A stretch of 64,000 nt of DNA, from assembly GCF_006345805.1 (NCBI RefSeq), contig NC_043000.1, forward strand, positions 62,868,001 through 62,932,000. Direction: 5' to 3'. The notes beneath the pieces are model-generated. The model was given only the letters and a program-made list of their open reading frames with translations. It searched no databases and had not been told where the DNA came from. The translations under genes were made by a program, and so were the position numbers. The DNA comes from Octopus sinensis. Its lineage: Eukaryota. Shown one piece after another: positions 36,473 through 48,895 of this stretch. Within the stretch, counting starts at the first letter, position 1; each line of letters starts with the position of its first letter.

Positions 36473-38107
36473 CTAAAAACAGAAAAAGAAAACAGGGAAA
36501 CGTTGCATTAAGCGACAATAGAAATGCAGATACGATCGAACTGGTAGTATTCGTATAATTAGTTTTGTTCATTCTGACTGCTTATGTTTTGAGTTCAAAT
36601 CCTGGTGAGGTCAATTTTGTCTGTCATCATTTCGAGGTAGATAAAATAAAGAACCAATTTAAGAACTGGGGTTGATGGTATCAACTAATCTCCCCTCGGG
36701 GAAAATAAATGTCCTTGTACCTAAATCAGAAACCTTTGTTGATGCTGTTCATTCTATTCAAATCGGTGTAATGAAAAATAAAATCTACAGCTCGTATGGT
36801 TTGCACTCAATATAGGTATACACCGAATCAGTTCCTCAGGAGAGATTTTTTTATTGGCAAAACCGTTATGAAAAAGAAGGTCGATCTCAGCAATGATTTG
36901 AACTCAATAAATAGAGGAATGAAACTCATTATTACATAACATTTAGTCGGACACAACTATTTCAATTCAAGCATCGTACAACAGTATGAGGAAAATAAAT
37001 AAAAAACAAAGGCATTCGTTTTAATAATACCATTCAGTAAATATTCTCTTCCGTTGAGAAAACAAAAACGGATTCTGTTTTTTTTTTATTTTATTCTTTT
37101 TGAGAATTGATATCACCGAAGTTTGTAAATCTCTGTGAAAAACTAATTAATCACTGTGAAATTAAAAGAAACATATTATTAATTGGCTTTGATTGTTGGG
37201 TTCAACACAGAGTAGTTAGATTACTGCTACTCATTTTGTCTCACACGACTAAATGAAAGACAAATCAACCTAGTGTACAGCTTGTATTCAAAGTAAGTAA
37301 ACATCGAGTCAAACATTTCAATTGAGATTCTGACAACTGCGCCATCAGAATCCATCCAGAAACATGTCTCATTAAGTTACATTGGCTCAACAATAAATAT
37401 TTGCGTGCCACTTCTGCATTGAGTACTTTTTGCTATTGTTTGTAAACTCGCACGTGTGCACACGTACGTACATGAGAATAGAGAATAGTCAGAGATTCTG
37501 AAGTTTCATAGGGAATAGTTAGCTAAAATTAAGACCAATTAATTATAGAGGCATGGTATACATTAGAAGATTTTGTGGGTAGTTAATACTTGAGTAATTA
37601 TATAATAATAACGTCTATTTTTTTACGCGATGTATAATATAGTAGATATATAATTTTGTCGTGTAGCCTTAGGCCAATTGTTGATGGTGAAGTGGTGGTG
37701 TACAATCTCAGTAATATTCTAAAGGATGTATTACCTTTTGGGAAATAACACTTTATATTAAAAAGAAAAGTTTATGAGTACTAAATGTTTGTGTCTAGAC
37801 AGAGGTTGTCCCGGAATGTATGTTAGTCAGTTGAGAGATGGAAAATGTATCAAATAGTACCTAACCATCCTATCTAGTGGGGATAAAAGGAAGAAACGTT
37901 GAACACTTTATATTTATAGAGCGGCCAGTCTTATTAGTTGGAAAGCAAAGCGATGTTTTTTGGGGGGTTTTGGGGGGGTGGGGGGATTCAGTACAGGAAC
38001 TGAAAGGGTATTTTTAGCCATAACTGAAACGAAAGAATTGCACAGGTAACACATTGGTTTGGCGGTTGTCTGCGCTGCATTTGTTTAAGTAGTTATTTAT
38101 ATAATAA

Positions 38108-38489
38108 CTAGCAGTATCGCCCGGCGTTGCTCAGGTTTGTAAGGGAAATAACTATAAAGCATTTTTAGAGAGTTATAGCCAAAAAATAGCAAAAAAATGG
38201 AAAAAAAATGATGGTAAATTTTTTTTTGTTAAAAAAGGTGGAGTTGCGTCCCCTAGACAGTTTGCGGTTTGTGTTTCTGATTCTCGACCCCATGTCGAAT
38301 TTATCGATTTTTTTCAGAACTGGGGGAACTTTTCAAACTTTTCGCTGCGTTAGTTTTGAATTATGACATTGGGCTATGTGTGTGTCAAGTTTCATCAGAA
38401 TCGGTTGAAAGCCGTGGTCAGGGTGAGGGTACAAGCAAACAGACACACAGAAACACGCACAGACAAACTGCCGTTTATATAGAGAGAGA
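38108..38489 (-). mobile_element. Non-autonomous Helitron, family H1 (inverted copy)
   Basis: Reverse complement is roughly 95% similar by eye to 14448-14833, with the same A|TC...CTAG|T termini. Confidence 0.85.
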
Positions 38490-39185
38490 TTGTTACTTCT
38501 TTCGACTATGATTAATAAAAATTTTGGGCTCCTTTAACAGGGGGTGTTCGGTAATAAATTACAGTCGTCCACAATCTACTAAATGGCTTGTGAATTACCT
38601 ATTGAGAAATAACATCGGCCTCGAGTAGCTAGAGTTCTTATAGATGTTAACCCTACATGCATAAAAAAAACCGCTAGGAATGTTTGTTAAACAGATTTTG
38701 TTTGGAGAAATGTTTGTCTAAAGTTAACACAAACTTTTCCTACTAGAAGAAAATTAGTCAAATTAAAGTTTATTTTTCACTTAATGTTAGGGAGGATATT
38801 TTTAACCTTTAGGGTCCAAATACAACTCGGTAACGAGATTTATGTTTCTCTATGGGCGTTACGAAAAATTGCAGTACGAACTATCAACTATTTAATCATC
38901 TGAAAAATTCACCCTGCGTCGGCTCACGCAGTTTGAACATAATCACAAGTATTGTTGTTCATTTCGTCCAGACACTTAACACAGTAGAGTGTGATAAAGA
39001 TCCACGATGATATCTCGACTTATGGAAGAAGCAACAGTCAACAGTTTCTACAGTAATCTATAGCCTGCTTGATAATTGGATTTCCTTTTAGGTCCACAAT
39101 ACAGATTTCCCTCTAGAAACCGTATCAGTCAATCATTGTTTTCTTGGGAACGTTCACCAGGCGACCATTTGCAATTTCTCCACAG

Positions 39186-39186
<1 letters not shown>

Positions 39187-39251
<65 letters not shown>
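39187..39251. repeat. (TA)n microsatellite
   Basis: Direct reading. Confidence 0.95.
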
Positions 39252-39253
<2 letters not shown>

Positions 39254-39269
39254 TATTCTTATAGATTTA

Positions 39270-39625
39270 CCTTTTATCTTTTACATGTTTCAGTCATTAG
39301 ACTGCAGCCATGTTGGAGTACGGCCTTGGAGAACATTAACCGAATGAATTGACCCCAGTACTTAGATTTTAAAAAGCTTTGCACTGATTTTATCGGTCTC
39401 TTACTGCTTAGTTACCGGTATGCAAACATACCAACACCGGTTGTCAAGCGGTGGAACCACACACAGGCATACAACAAGTTTCTTTCAGTGTCCGTCTGCC
39501 AAATTCCTTCATAAGGGTGATCGGCTCGAGGGCATAGTAGAAGACACTTGCCCAAGGTTCCTTGCAGTGGGACTGAACCCGGAACCGTGTAGCTGGGAAG
39601 CAAACTTCTTACAACACAGTCACGC
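39270..39625 (-). mobile_element. SINE family A copy
   Basis: Same modules. Further degenerate copies at ~17570-17870, ~27620-27800 and ~28610-28790. Confidence 0.75.
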
Positions 39626-40049
39626 TTTGGTCGATTTATTCGTGAAATAATTTCCTGTTTGGTATTTCCATAGAAAAGCCATAATCCGATCAGAAACACT
39701 TTGTCTACAGAGAAATTTGCCAAAGTTCTAACGCCACAATGACTCCACGCGAAAATATTATCAACTACGGTTGTCTAAAGAATCGTCACCTTCTCGCAGT
39801 CTGGTGCGATGATTCTTTAGGTGATCCGGTTGGAAAAAGGTAGTAGAGGCTTGATAGTCCGATTGCATCTTGGAAAATTATTAACTTTTTGAGAAATTAG
39901 TAACTTCTTCCAAATGTTCGAAAGCTGTTCTATGTCGATATTGCTGGACTACTTTTGCAGTTCGAGTGATGTCGAGGGATAATTCTGGGAGAATGTCTTC
40001 GGTTATTCGCTTAGCAGTCGCAATCACAGGGGAAGCCTATCTGTCCGCC

Positions 40050-40203
40050 AAATTGATGCAAACAGTTCGAGATGGCAAATATTTCGGCCTCTGCATTAGC
40101 AGAATTAACATGAGAGAGATGACAAGGAGAAGAGGAGGGACATCAGTGATGAGTAGATTTGTCACAGCGTAGGTTTTTTTCTTTGTGTGTGTGTGTGTGT
40201 GCG

Positions 40204-40235
<32 letters not shown>

Positions 40236-40717
40236 TGTGTGAGAGAGAGAGAGTAGGTGGTTGTTGGTGGATCTGCGTTTGGACAATGAAGATCTAACAG
40301 AACTCTGACCAGTAGTTAGTTGAAGAGCCAGAAGGTTTAGGAGAGTTTTTCTACAGAAGGAAAATTTGAAATGAATTATTTTGACTTGGCAGCGATCAAA
40401 CAATGCCAAGATATTAAATGGCGATGACTGAGCAAATGTTATTTACTACGTAATGATCAAAAGTACTTTGAAAGATGGAGTATCGATCAGCATACAAATT
40501 GATGCAAACAGTTCGAGATGGCAAGCATTTCGACCTCTGCATTAGCGAAATTAACATGAGAGAGATGACAGGGTGAGGAGGAGGGACATCAGTGATGAGT
40601 AGATTTATCTCAGCGTAGGTTTTTTCTTTGTGCGTGCGTGCGTGTGTGTGTGTGTGTGTTAGAGAGAGAGAGAGAGAGAGAGTAGGTGGTAGTTGGTGGA
40701 TCTGCGTTTGGACAATG
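40050..40717 (+). repeat. ~230-bp direct duplication including a compound (GT/GC/GA) microsatellite
   Basis: aaattgatgcaaacagttcgagatggcaa...ggatctgcgtttggacaatg at 40050-40288 and 40496-40717. Confidence 0.85.
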
Positions 40718-40962
40718 GCCCATATATATTCACAAAGATCAGGAAGAATTAATTGCACAGCAGATTATTTCGTGTATTTTATTTTATTTTAGATTTCTTA
40801 ATTAATTTCACTATACGATTAGTAAGTCAAATGTTTATTCTGATTCCTTGAATTGGATTTACTTCAAAGTTTGTGAAGAGTTCAAAATTATGTATACCAA
40901 GGAATAGCAAGAAACAACTATTAAAATATAATTTCGAAACACGCGCGCGCGCGCATACACAC

Positions 40963-42157
40963 CACATGAGGGGTGATGAAAAGTTCTTGGCTTTGGGTAT
41001 TATAAAATACAGGAGAATCAATTAATTATGATTTAGCATATTCCCCTCTGAGATTTACACACTTATTGCACCAGTCCTTCAGTTTTCCTAAGCTCTGTAA
41101 AGAGAACTCGGAAGGTTGGGCCTCCAATCACGCCTCTGTAGCAGCGATCATTTCCGAATCGGAGTGAAATTTCGTTCCCTTGAGATGTTTCTTCAGTTGT
41201 GGAAAGAGGTGATAGTCGAAGGGGTCCAAATCAGAGAGTAAGGTCTACTATTCGACACGAAGGTCATGTATTTTCCGTAGAGTTTCATGTGCTGGCGCAT
41301 TGTCTAACGAAAACAGGACGCCAAGGCTCAGCTTCCCAATCGTTTCTGCTTCAAAGTTTCACGCAGTTCGTCCAACAGAGACCTGTCGTATTTTACGTTG
41401 GTGACACGACCTTTTAGCAGGTATTTTATGAGGAGCATTCCGTCTTTGTCCAAGAACACTGATACCAGAATCTTTCCAATTGACTTCTGGGTCCTAAACT
41501 TCTTAGGACGCGGTAAACCGCTGTAGCGTCACCCCACTGATTGCTGTTTGGTCTGGGGATCATAATGATGAAGTCAAGTTTCATCCATGGTGACTAAACG
41601 AGCCATAAAATCAACCTCTACCACTACAAAACGGTCCAAAATCTTCTTTGATGTAGTCACTCTGAGGCGCTTCTGATCTGCGTTCAGGCACTTCGGCACC
41701 CATTTTGCGGAAAGCTATCTCATGTCCAGAATGTTGTGGATGATGTGGCCAACTCTTTCGCAGGAAATCCCCAAAGTCTCAGCTATAACTTGAGCTGAAA
41801 TCCGAGAACAATGATGTGCACAGCGCCGGCTTTTTCCTGTGTTCGCGGAAGATTGTCGTCCTGGCCGGAGTTCATCTGCGACTTCAAAATGACCAGTCTA
41901 AAACCATGACAACCAGATTTTTACTGTGGAGAATGGTAAGATTTCCGCCGCGCCTTTGCTTTGCTTCCATTTTACCAAAATCCATTGTAGGAGCTGCCAT
42001 CATGTGTTAAATCTGCAAAACAGAGAAAGATATATAGTATGCCATCATGATTTTTTTGTATATCTTCTAAATAGTTATCCTACCTCTCTTGTAAAGGTAA
42101 CAGCTGTACTCTTTCGCGATACCCTTAAAGCCAGGAACTTTTCAGCACCTCCTTGTA
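40963..42157 (-). mobile_element. Degenerate near-full-length mariner (Tc1/mariner) transposon
   Basis: Imperfect TIRs (cacatgaggggtgatgaaaagttcttggcttt versus reverse complement tacaaggaggtgctgaaaagttcctggcttt). Minus-strand remnants KWVPKCLNADQKR, VTMDET*LHHYDPQTKQQS, DNAPAH and SDLDPFDYHLFPQLKKHLKG, with stops and deletions. Confidence 0.9.
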
Positions 42158-42947
42158 TATACATACATACATAAAACAAACATTTGTACACACAAACACA
42201 CACACACACACACACACATATATGTTCTTCAACATAGAGGCAAGTCAATACCCTATGGTATAACCTGAAGATTTTGCACAGTCATACAGATATTGTGCAT
42301 TTTATATACCTACCTGTACGACGTTATGTTACAATACAATCTTTAATTGAAACTTTTATAGGTATACCAAATAATCCATTCAATCCTCTTTTATTATTAT
42401 TGTAATTATTATCATTCTTCACATTATTATGAGGACGTGTGGTCTATTGGTTAGGGGTGTTGCACTCACGATCATGGTTTCAGTTGTTAAACCCGGTGGC
42501 GTTGTGCTCTAGAGCAAAACACTTCATTACACGTTACTTGGCAATCACTTCTACACCTGACCTGTAGTACACCGTGTATTTGTTCAGGTAACGTCGATTT
42601 GATTGAGGGAGTAAGCTAATTAACAGTACATACTTTTGATCACTATAAACAAATCATTTGTGCAGGTCGTTCGGCAAAATACTAAACACTCATACGTCGT
42701 CTTCGACGGGAGAGTCCATTACCATAATTATATTAATGTTTGCTTTTGTCGTGTTATAATAAAAATGATTTTACATTAATCTGAAAGCTTACTCAATACT
42801 ATTTATGGAGTACAAATTTATTATACTTTTCCAAGAAGAATGGTGAGAGTGACTTTGAAGTTTCGGCCTGCTAGCCTACACCAGACAGTCCAATAAAGAG
42901 TAGTAAGCCGACACTGAAATCACTGTTACTTCTCTTGTATAATGTAT

Positions 42948-42983
<36 letters not shown>

Positions 42984-44679
42984 TATATCACATTATTAAA
43001 CATCTGTGTGTTTTCATAGCTTTACATGTTTGGGTATATCCAGTTTCTTATTCTCACATTTAAAAAAATATTTCCACTGGGCCTAAGCGCGAAACGGTAT
43101 GGCATTTTTAATCAACACAACTATCCCTGTCAAACAATGAACTGTTCCAATTACACCTTTCTCTTCCGGATCCGGTTTCTCTTCACTCGCTATAGAAGTA
43201 ACCTTTTGATTCAACCATAAATCATTTTCACTTCCTGCTAAGCTTTACTTTTAATTTTTATTCATTTTTTATTTTATCTATTCCTTGGTTTCTTTTTTTT
43301 TTTGTTTCTTTCTAATAACTGATTTTGTAATGCTTAGAGGAGATAAATAACAAGAAAAACAAGGTGAACATATTAAAATGTCAATATTCCGATGAATATT
43401 TATGATATATTTAACAAGAACAAAAATACAGTGTTTCAGAAGTAGTATACAGCCAGGACATTGACGCGCGCGCACAGGCACACTGAGATATGCAGATACA
43501 TATATAAACAAACAGAAAGCATGAACAACGACCAGGACATAATTATACCGGACATACACAATAAAGGATATGAAAAACTGTTGTGACACGTCATGCATTA
43601 GCGATCTATTTTACAGCAAACAGATTCTAACATAATTGTATTCGTGTTCTTCTTGTTATCAATATACTACTGTAATTTCCACTGTGAAATACATTACTTC
43701 ACTTGATATTTGAATTAGCAGACGAGTTAAAAATAAATGCCCTGAGGGACAAAATAAATGCCTTTAGTTATTTTGTTATGGCTTTTTACGTTCTGAATTC
43801 AAATCCTACGGGGGTCAATTATGCCTTTAATTCTTCTGGAAGCGTTGTACTTAAACAAACAGATGTATACTGGATTCGCTATAATCGACTGCCTCCACCA
43901 AAATGCGGTCTTATCCCTTATTATTAGATGTAGAGAAAGGTATTTTGGAAGCATTCTTAACAAATTTGTGATAGTTGTGAAGAGGTGTGAGAATAATAAA
44001 TGAGCATTGTTTATACGTGACCTTCTTATTGTGCTTAATTTTACTGATTATTATTGTTGAAGGTATTACTCCAACCAACTTGCCTTATTGATAATTTTTT
44101 TCTGGGTGCCATGACAGAACTAGGTGTTGCAGACCCGTTACTGACCACCACTTAAGGCAACTTGCTTCAAGTATCCCTACTGCTCAACAGCTCCAGTTTC
44201 CTAAATTGAGGTTCATAAGACAGATAACTAATTGCAATTATTTAAATTTGACGCGACAAACCTCTAATCAACCGTGAACGTCCCATCTGTTTTTCACCCC
44301 GAAATAAACAATATAGAATGTTTCTCAAATACTATACAGTGTAAATTGAGGAAGATGTGGCTACTACTTCTTGCAGGATCGACCACGCACAGGCTTCCTC
44401 ATTGGCTGAATTGTCGAAATCCTGCTAGTTCTACGTTTCCTACTTTTTTTTCATTAAATCATATCTTCCTGGACTATCTTCCCTCTACATTTCTCGCCCA
44501 ACCAAATTCCACATCACCAAACGGCTGACTTGCACATGAGTGTGTTGGTTCAAACGAAAGACATATTAAAGTAATCTCCACCATCATGAATAAAATACAT
44601 TTACTCACTACAGTAACGCTTATAAAGCTGCCATTAGAGAAGAAAAGGTGCTTTCGTGCATCGTATGGTATAATAAGGC

Positions 44680-45190
44680 AGTTGTCCCCAAAATTGTTGC
44701 CAGGTTTTCGGGTCCTTTTCTCAGAAGACCTATACTAACATTGAAGAATCTTCCTAGCCACCATTCTCCTACGAAGATGGTTCTGTAGATATCACTCCTG
44801 CTTGTAAAATCACTGTAATCAGCTCTGAACATTTGCTGAGACTGTCTACAAAGCCCAAGTAAGACCCACACTGGGAGCGTGTTCTTTTTACATACACAAA
44901 TATACTAGATCACATCAAAAAGGATTAACTAGCTGATTAGCACATTCTGCAGCCTAAGACCCTCCCCCCTCTCTCTCTCTTGCTTGTTATATCGTTATTA
45001 CAGTTACCTCAAGTCTTCTAAACTAATTTGTCATTTGTTCTATATCAAATTCACTTGGGTCACCCATACTGTGCGTCACACCTTAGCTCCTGCACTAAAC
45101 ACCATTTTCTCCAATCCTTTCCCCCTATGACAATCTCGTGAAATTCCCTCCCACTATCTATCTTACCAGTCTCGGAAAACCTGGTAAGGA
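44680..45190 (+). mobile_element. CR1/L2-group LINE 3' remnant
   Basis: SSEHLLR plus VYKAQVRPTL (LYKAQVRP.LEY motif), LLYRYY, and a degenerate SFFP.T...WNSLP. Confidence 0.55.
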
Positions 45191-45459
45191 CTGTGGAAAT
45201 CATGAAAGTTGACTAAACCTTCAAAAATACACCTTTCCAATAAAAACTGACCGGCAGCTATTTAAGAAAGCAAAATACAATTTAAAAACTATAGCCTTAC
45301 TTGAAATATTTAGCCCAAACATTAACCCTCTGCTTACATCCTTTATTTCATTCTAATAACATACAGCATTTCTACATACAATCGATTTTGTCGAATATAT
45401 TTCACATGTGGACCTTTTCATATTCCTGGCTGCACTGCTCTCATGACTAATTTTTATGC

Positions 45460-45474
45460 ACACACACGCACGCA

Positions 45475-45506
<32 letters not shown>

Positions 45507-45508
45507 CA

Positions 45509-45546
<38 letters not shown>
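45460..45546. repeat. Compound (CACG)n-(CA)n microsatellite
   Basis: Direct reading. Confidence 0.95.
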
Positions 45547-45549
<3 letters not shown>

Positions 45550-48500
45550 CAGATAAGTACTTAACGTTCAAATTATTAATGCTCTACTTGATATTCTTCT
45601 TTCACAGTGATTTTATGGAGATCAATTTTCTGCCATGATAATTCTCAACAATGACAAGTCTAATCACTGCTGATGCTGAACAATAACTCTGTAGCATCAA
45701 GTTGTACCTTATAAGCCAGCAGGTTGCTGAATTATTAGAATATAGGACTGCAGCTCGTAAGGATCTGCTGCTCATACCCTATTGTTAGTGCTGTGCTGTG
45801 GTATATTACAGAAGACGGCGCGCTGGCAGAATTGTTAGCACATCATACACAATGCTTAGCGTCATTTCCACCAGCTATATGATCTGAGTTTAAATGCCAC
45901 CAAGGTCGATTTTGCCTCCCCTTCTTTCAAGGTCAATAAAATAAAGAACCAGTTAAGCATTAGGGTCGATGTAATCGTCTTAAATCTCCCACTAAAATTT
46001 TAAGCCTCGTGCCTATAGTAGAATTATAGCATATATTACAGAAAATTGTCCATTCTATTTCATCTCGTGGTCAACTAGTACGGTGTATGAGCGCAGTTTA
46101 CCTCATTTAACAGCAAAAAGATCTATGTTGACGTTTAGATTGCTTTACAATTCTTCTGCTGGATAAAAATTTCTGGTTATTGCCATTTCTATCCAGTAAT
46201 ATCTTTCGGTCACTCAACACATTGAAGTTCGGGATTCATTAAATATCTACCCTATATACTCCCGAGTGAACAGTGCCAAACAACCTGCCCTGAAGATCAG
46301 TTTGCATCCTGTTAGCGACAGTGCATGATATTCAGACTAAAACAGTTGACTGTTAATGATCAGTCTAGCACAAAATAGATACCACAGGGTAGAAACATCT
46401 TGCCTTTCCTATAGCTAGAAGAGTTTGACTATTCTACCAGGTTGATTCACCTAGAAATACACAACTCAACGAGGAAGCCCCTTCGCGGTTGTACAATCTG
46501 CTAAAAATAGCGGTCATATTTCTTTCAGATCATACTCTGCTGTCTCAAATAAGAAGGGGCGCGTTGGATAATGCTTTATTAGATACACTGCTTGAAAAAT
46601 AAGCAAATAAACTGTTAGTTGGAATATTTTGATCATGGATCTGCTCAATCAGGACTGACCTGGAAAAAATCAATAACAACCCAAGATATACTTCATGATA
46701 CCTCCTATCACCCAATAACGTAGAAGATTCGCCACTGGGCAGAACATCATCCTGTGTAAATCTAGACATACTTCACCCCATCGCTATCTCAAACGTTTCC
46801 TCATTATATCAGGCGTAGACATTGGAATGCTTCAATGGTTGAACAAATAAGACAGATATATAAAACGTTCAGTTATATTCTAGTGTGTTGTCTTATAATT
46901 CTTTCAATGAGACATTCGAAATAAAACATGCAACTTCATTAATTAAATTTCCTTTCGTTAAATACCAGGCCAAGAGCAAAGGAAATTGCGTTACATATCA
47001 GTAAGCACTTCCATAACTCAAGATAATATTTCTCTAGATAAATTATCAGTCACTGGTTACTAACTTCAGCTAAACAAATCGATATCCTTTCTACAACATT
47101 CTGTGATTTAAATCCTAATTTCTTAATTAAATACGAAGACTTTTGGAATGCAACAATATAGTATTGCTGCTGCTGTCATCCCTGACCGGGAAGATATATG
47201 ATTAAAGAAGACATTACTGTCTTGACCTTGTGTTTGTTTACAATATGAATCTGGAAGCGAGAGCAATTTATATGAGGTAACTTCACATTAAGGACTGGAA
47301 CATACAATTTCCTGTAATTCAGACCAGTAGACTAAGTGAATGGTCCCAGTAAACAAAGTGAATGGTCCCAATAGACAAAGTGAAAAGGATGCTGCCCCGG
47401 AAGATGACGAGGGAGGTGGTTTCTGGTTCAAGTAAAGCGCCAGAAAATTTGAAGGGAGGGTGTCAGTTGATTACCATCGACCCCGGTGCTTGACCACAAT
47501 TTTATTTTATCGACCCAAAAAGAGAAAAAGCACAGCTAGACTCGGAAATGAGGTGTACCTATAATTCAAAGGGCCAGCCTTGTCAAACTCTGTGTCACAC
47601 TGAATCTCCCTCAGAACTACGTTAAGAGTACGTGTGTCTGTGGAGTGCTCAGCTACTTACACGTTAAATTCACGAACATGCTGTTCTGTTGATCGGATCA
47701 ACTGGGACCCTCATCATCATAACCGACAGAGTGCCATATACCAAATTATCACTAAGTTGTGCTGTAAGTGTTGTGTCTTGGTTTTTAAACTATTCCATTT
47801 ACACTGCTACTTCCGATTCACGAATTTCATCGCCACCCTTACCTGTTCAAATGAAAAAAGCACAACCTACTCACAGCCAAACAACAATCTCTAATTATTG
47901 CACAAATATTTATATTGAGTTGGCAGAATCGTCAGAGCCTCGGGAAAAAACACTTAGCGGCATTCATTCCGGATGTTTCCGCTCTGAGTCCAAAATCTTG
48001 CCGAAGTCAGCTTTGCATCGTATACTTTCGATGATAAAATAAAATACCAGTAAAATACTGGAGTCGGTCGTATCGAATACTCACATCACTAAATGGCTAC
48101 CCTTGTGCCGAAATAAGAATGTTTTCTCTAGCCTTGGCCTACTAGATATATATACAAAGACTTGCAGCCATAATAAGCATCTCGTATTTTTAATTTCGAT
48201 ACAGTTTGTCTTTTACATTATCCAGAGCATTCTTCTCTCTTTTGGAGACTTGCGGGTGTGACTGTGAGGGAGATTTGACTACTATTTCTAACCAACTTTT
48301 TTATGTAGGTTTTGTCCTTTAAATGATGGTCAATTTCAAAGAAGCAGATCTATGAGCATTGCACCTGTAAGCACATTTTTTTTTCTTTGTAACAGTGAAC
48401 CTGCCAGACTACATTATCCAATATGTTCGTCTTTTCTTTAAGACAGTAACGTGTGGTGTGTGGCACACTTAGCTTTTGATTCTGACAAAACGATAGCGTA

Positions 48501-48659
48501 GGAGGGGCCTTTCACTGACATGTATTATGTAGTATTTCATAAGATCGCCCGAAGTCAGACAGGACAAACTAGCGAATTAAATGATTAGACAAATACATTC
48601 CTTTACGTTCTGCTTTCAAATTCTACTTTTCATCTTTACTTTTAAGAGTAAGGAACAAA

Positions 48660-48895
48660 CCAACAGAGCTTCTATGTAGTCAATCGATCTGTTAGAAATA
48701 GTAGCAAAATCTCTCTTTAAGATAACACTCAGCCGCCTTTGAAAAAGGAAAGCCTTATTGAATAATATAGGATAAACTATGTCACATAATATTGGGTAAA
48801 CTATGTCACAAACGACGGGATGGTCATGGCTAGAATTTCTTTGTTTATAGGTATTCTATATTATGTTTGTCCTAGAGCTAAACAACAAAAGACAA
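48660..48895 (+). repeat. Dispersed repeat module (probable SINE 3' extension)
   Basis: ctgttagaaatagtagc...ggatggtcatggct...ctaaacaaca. Related copies at ~1740-1915, ~9330-9440, ~19200-19400, ~32760-32990, ~46400-46680, ~49700-49890 and ~60100-60200. Confidence 0.55.

Noticed and set aside
43070-43110. gcgcgaaacggt resembling a hammerhead 3' half
   Set aside because: No upstream CUGANGA core.
46158-46198. Pre-miRNA-like hairpin ctggata...tatccag
   Set aside because: Short stem with a large asymmetric bulge; too weak.
46545-46769. Minus-strand ORF MSRFTQDDVLPSGESSTLLGDRR as an alternative first exon
   Set aside because: The nearest donor is phase 2, incompatible with the following exon, and the 3' half overlaps a dispersed repeat.
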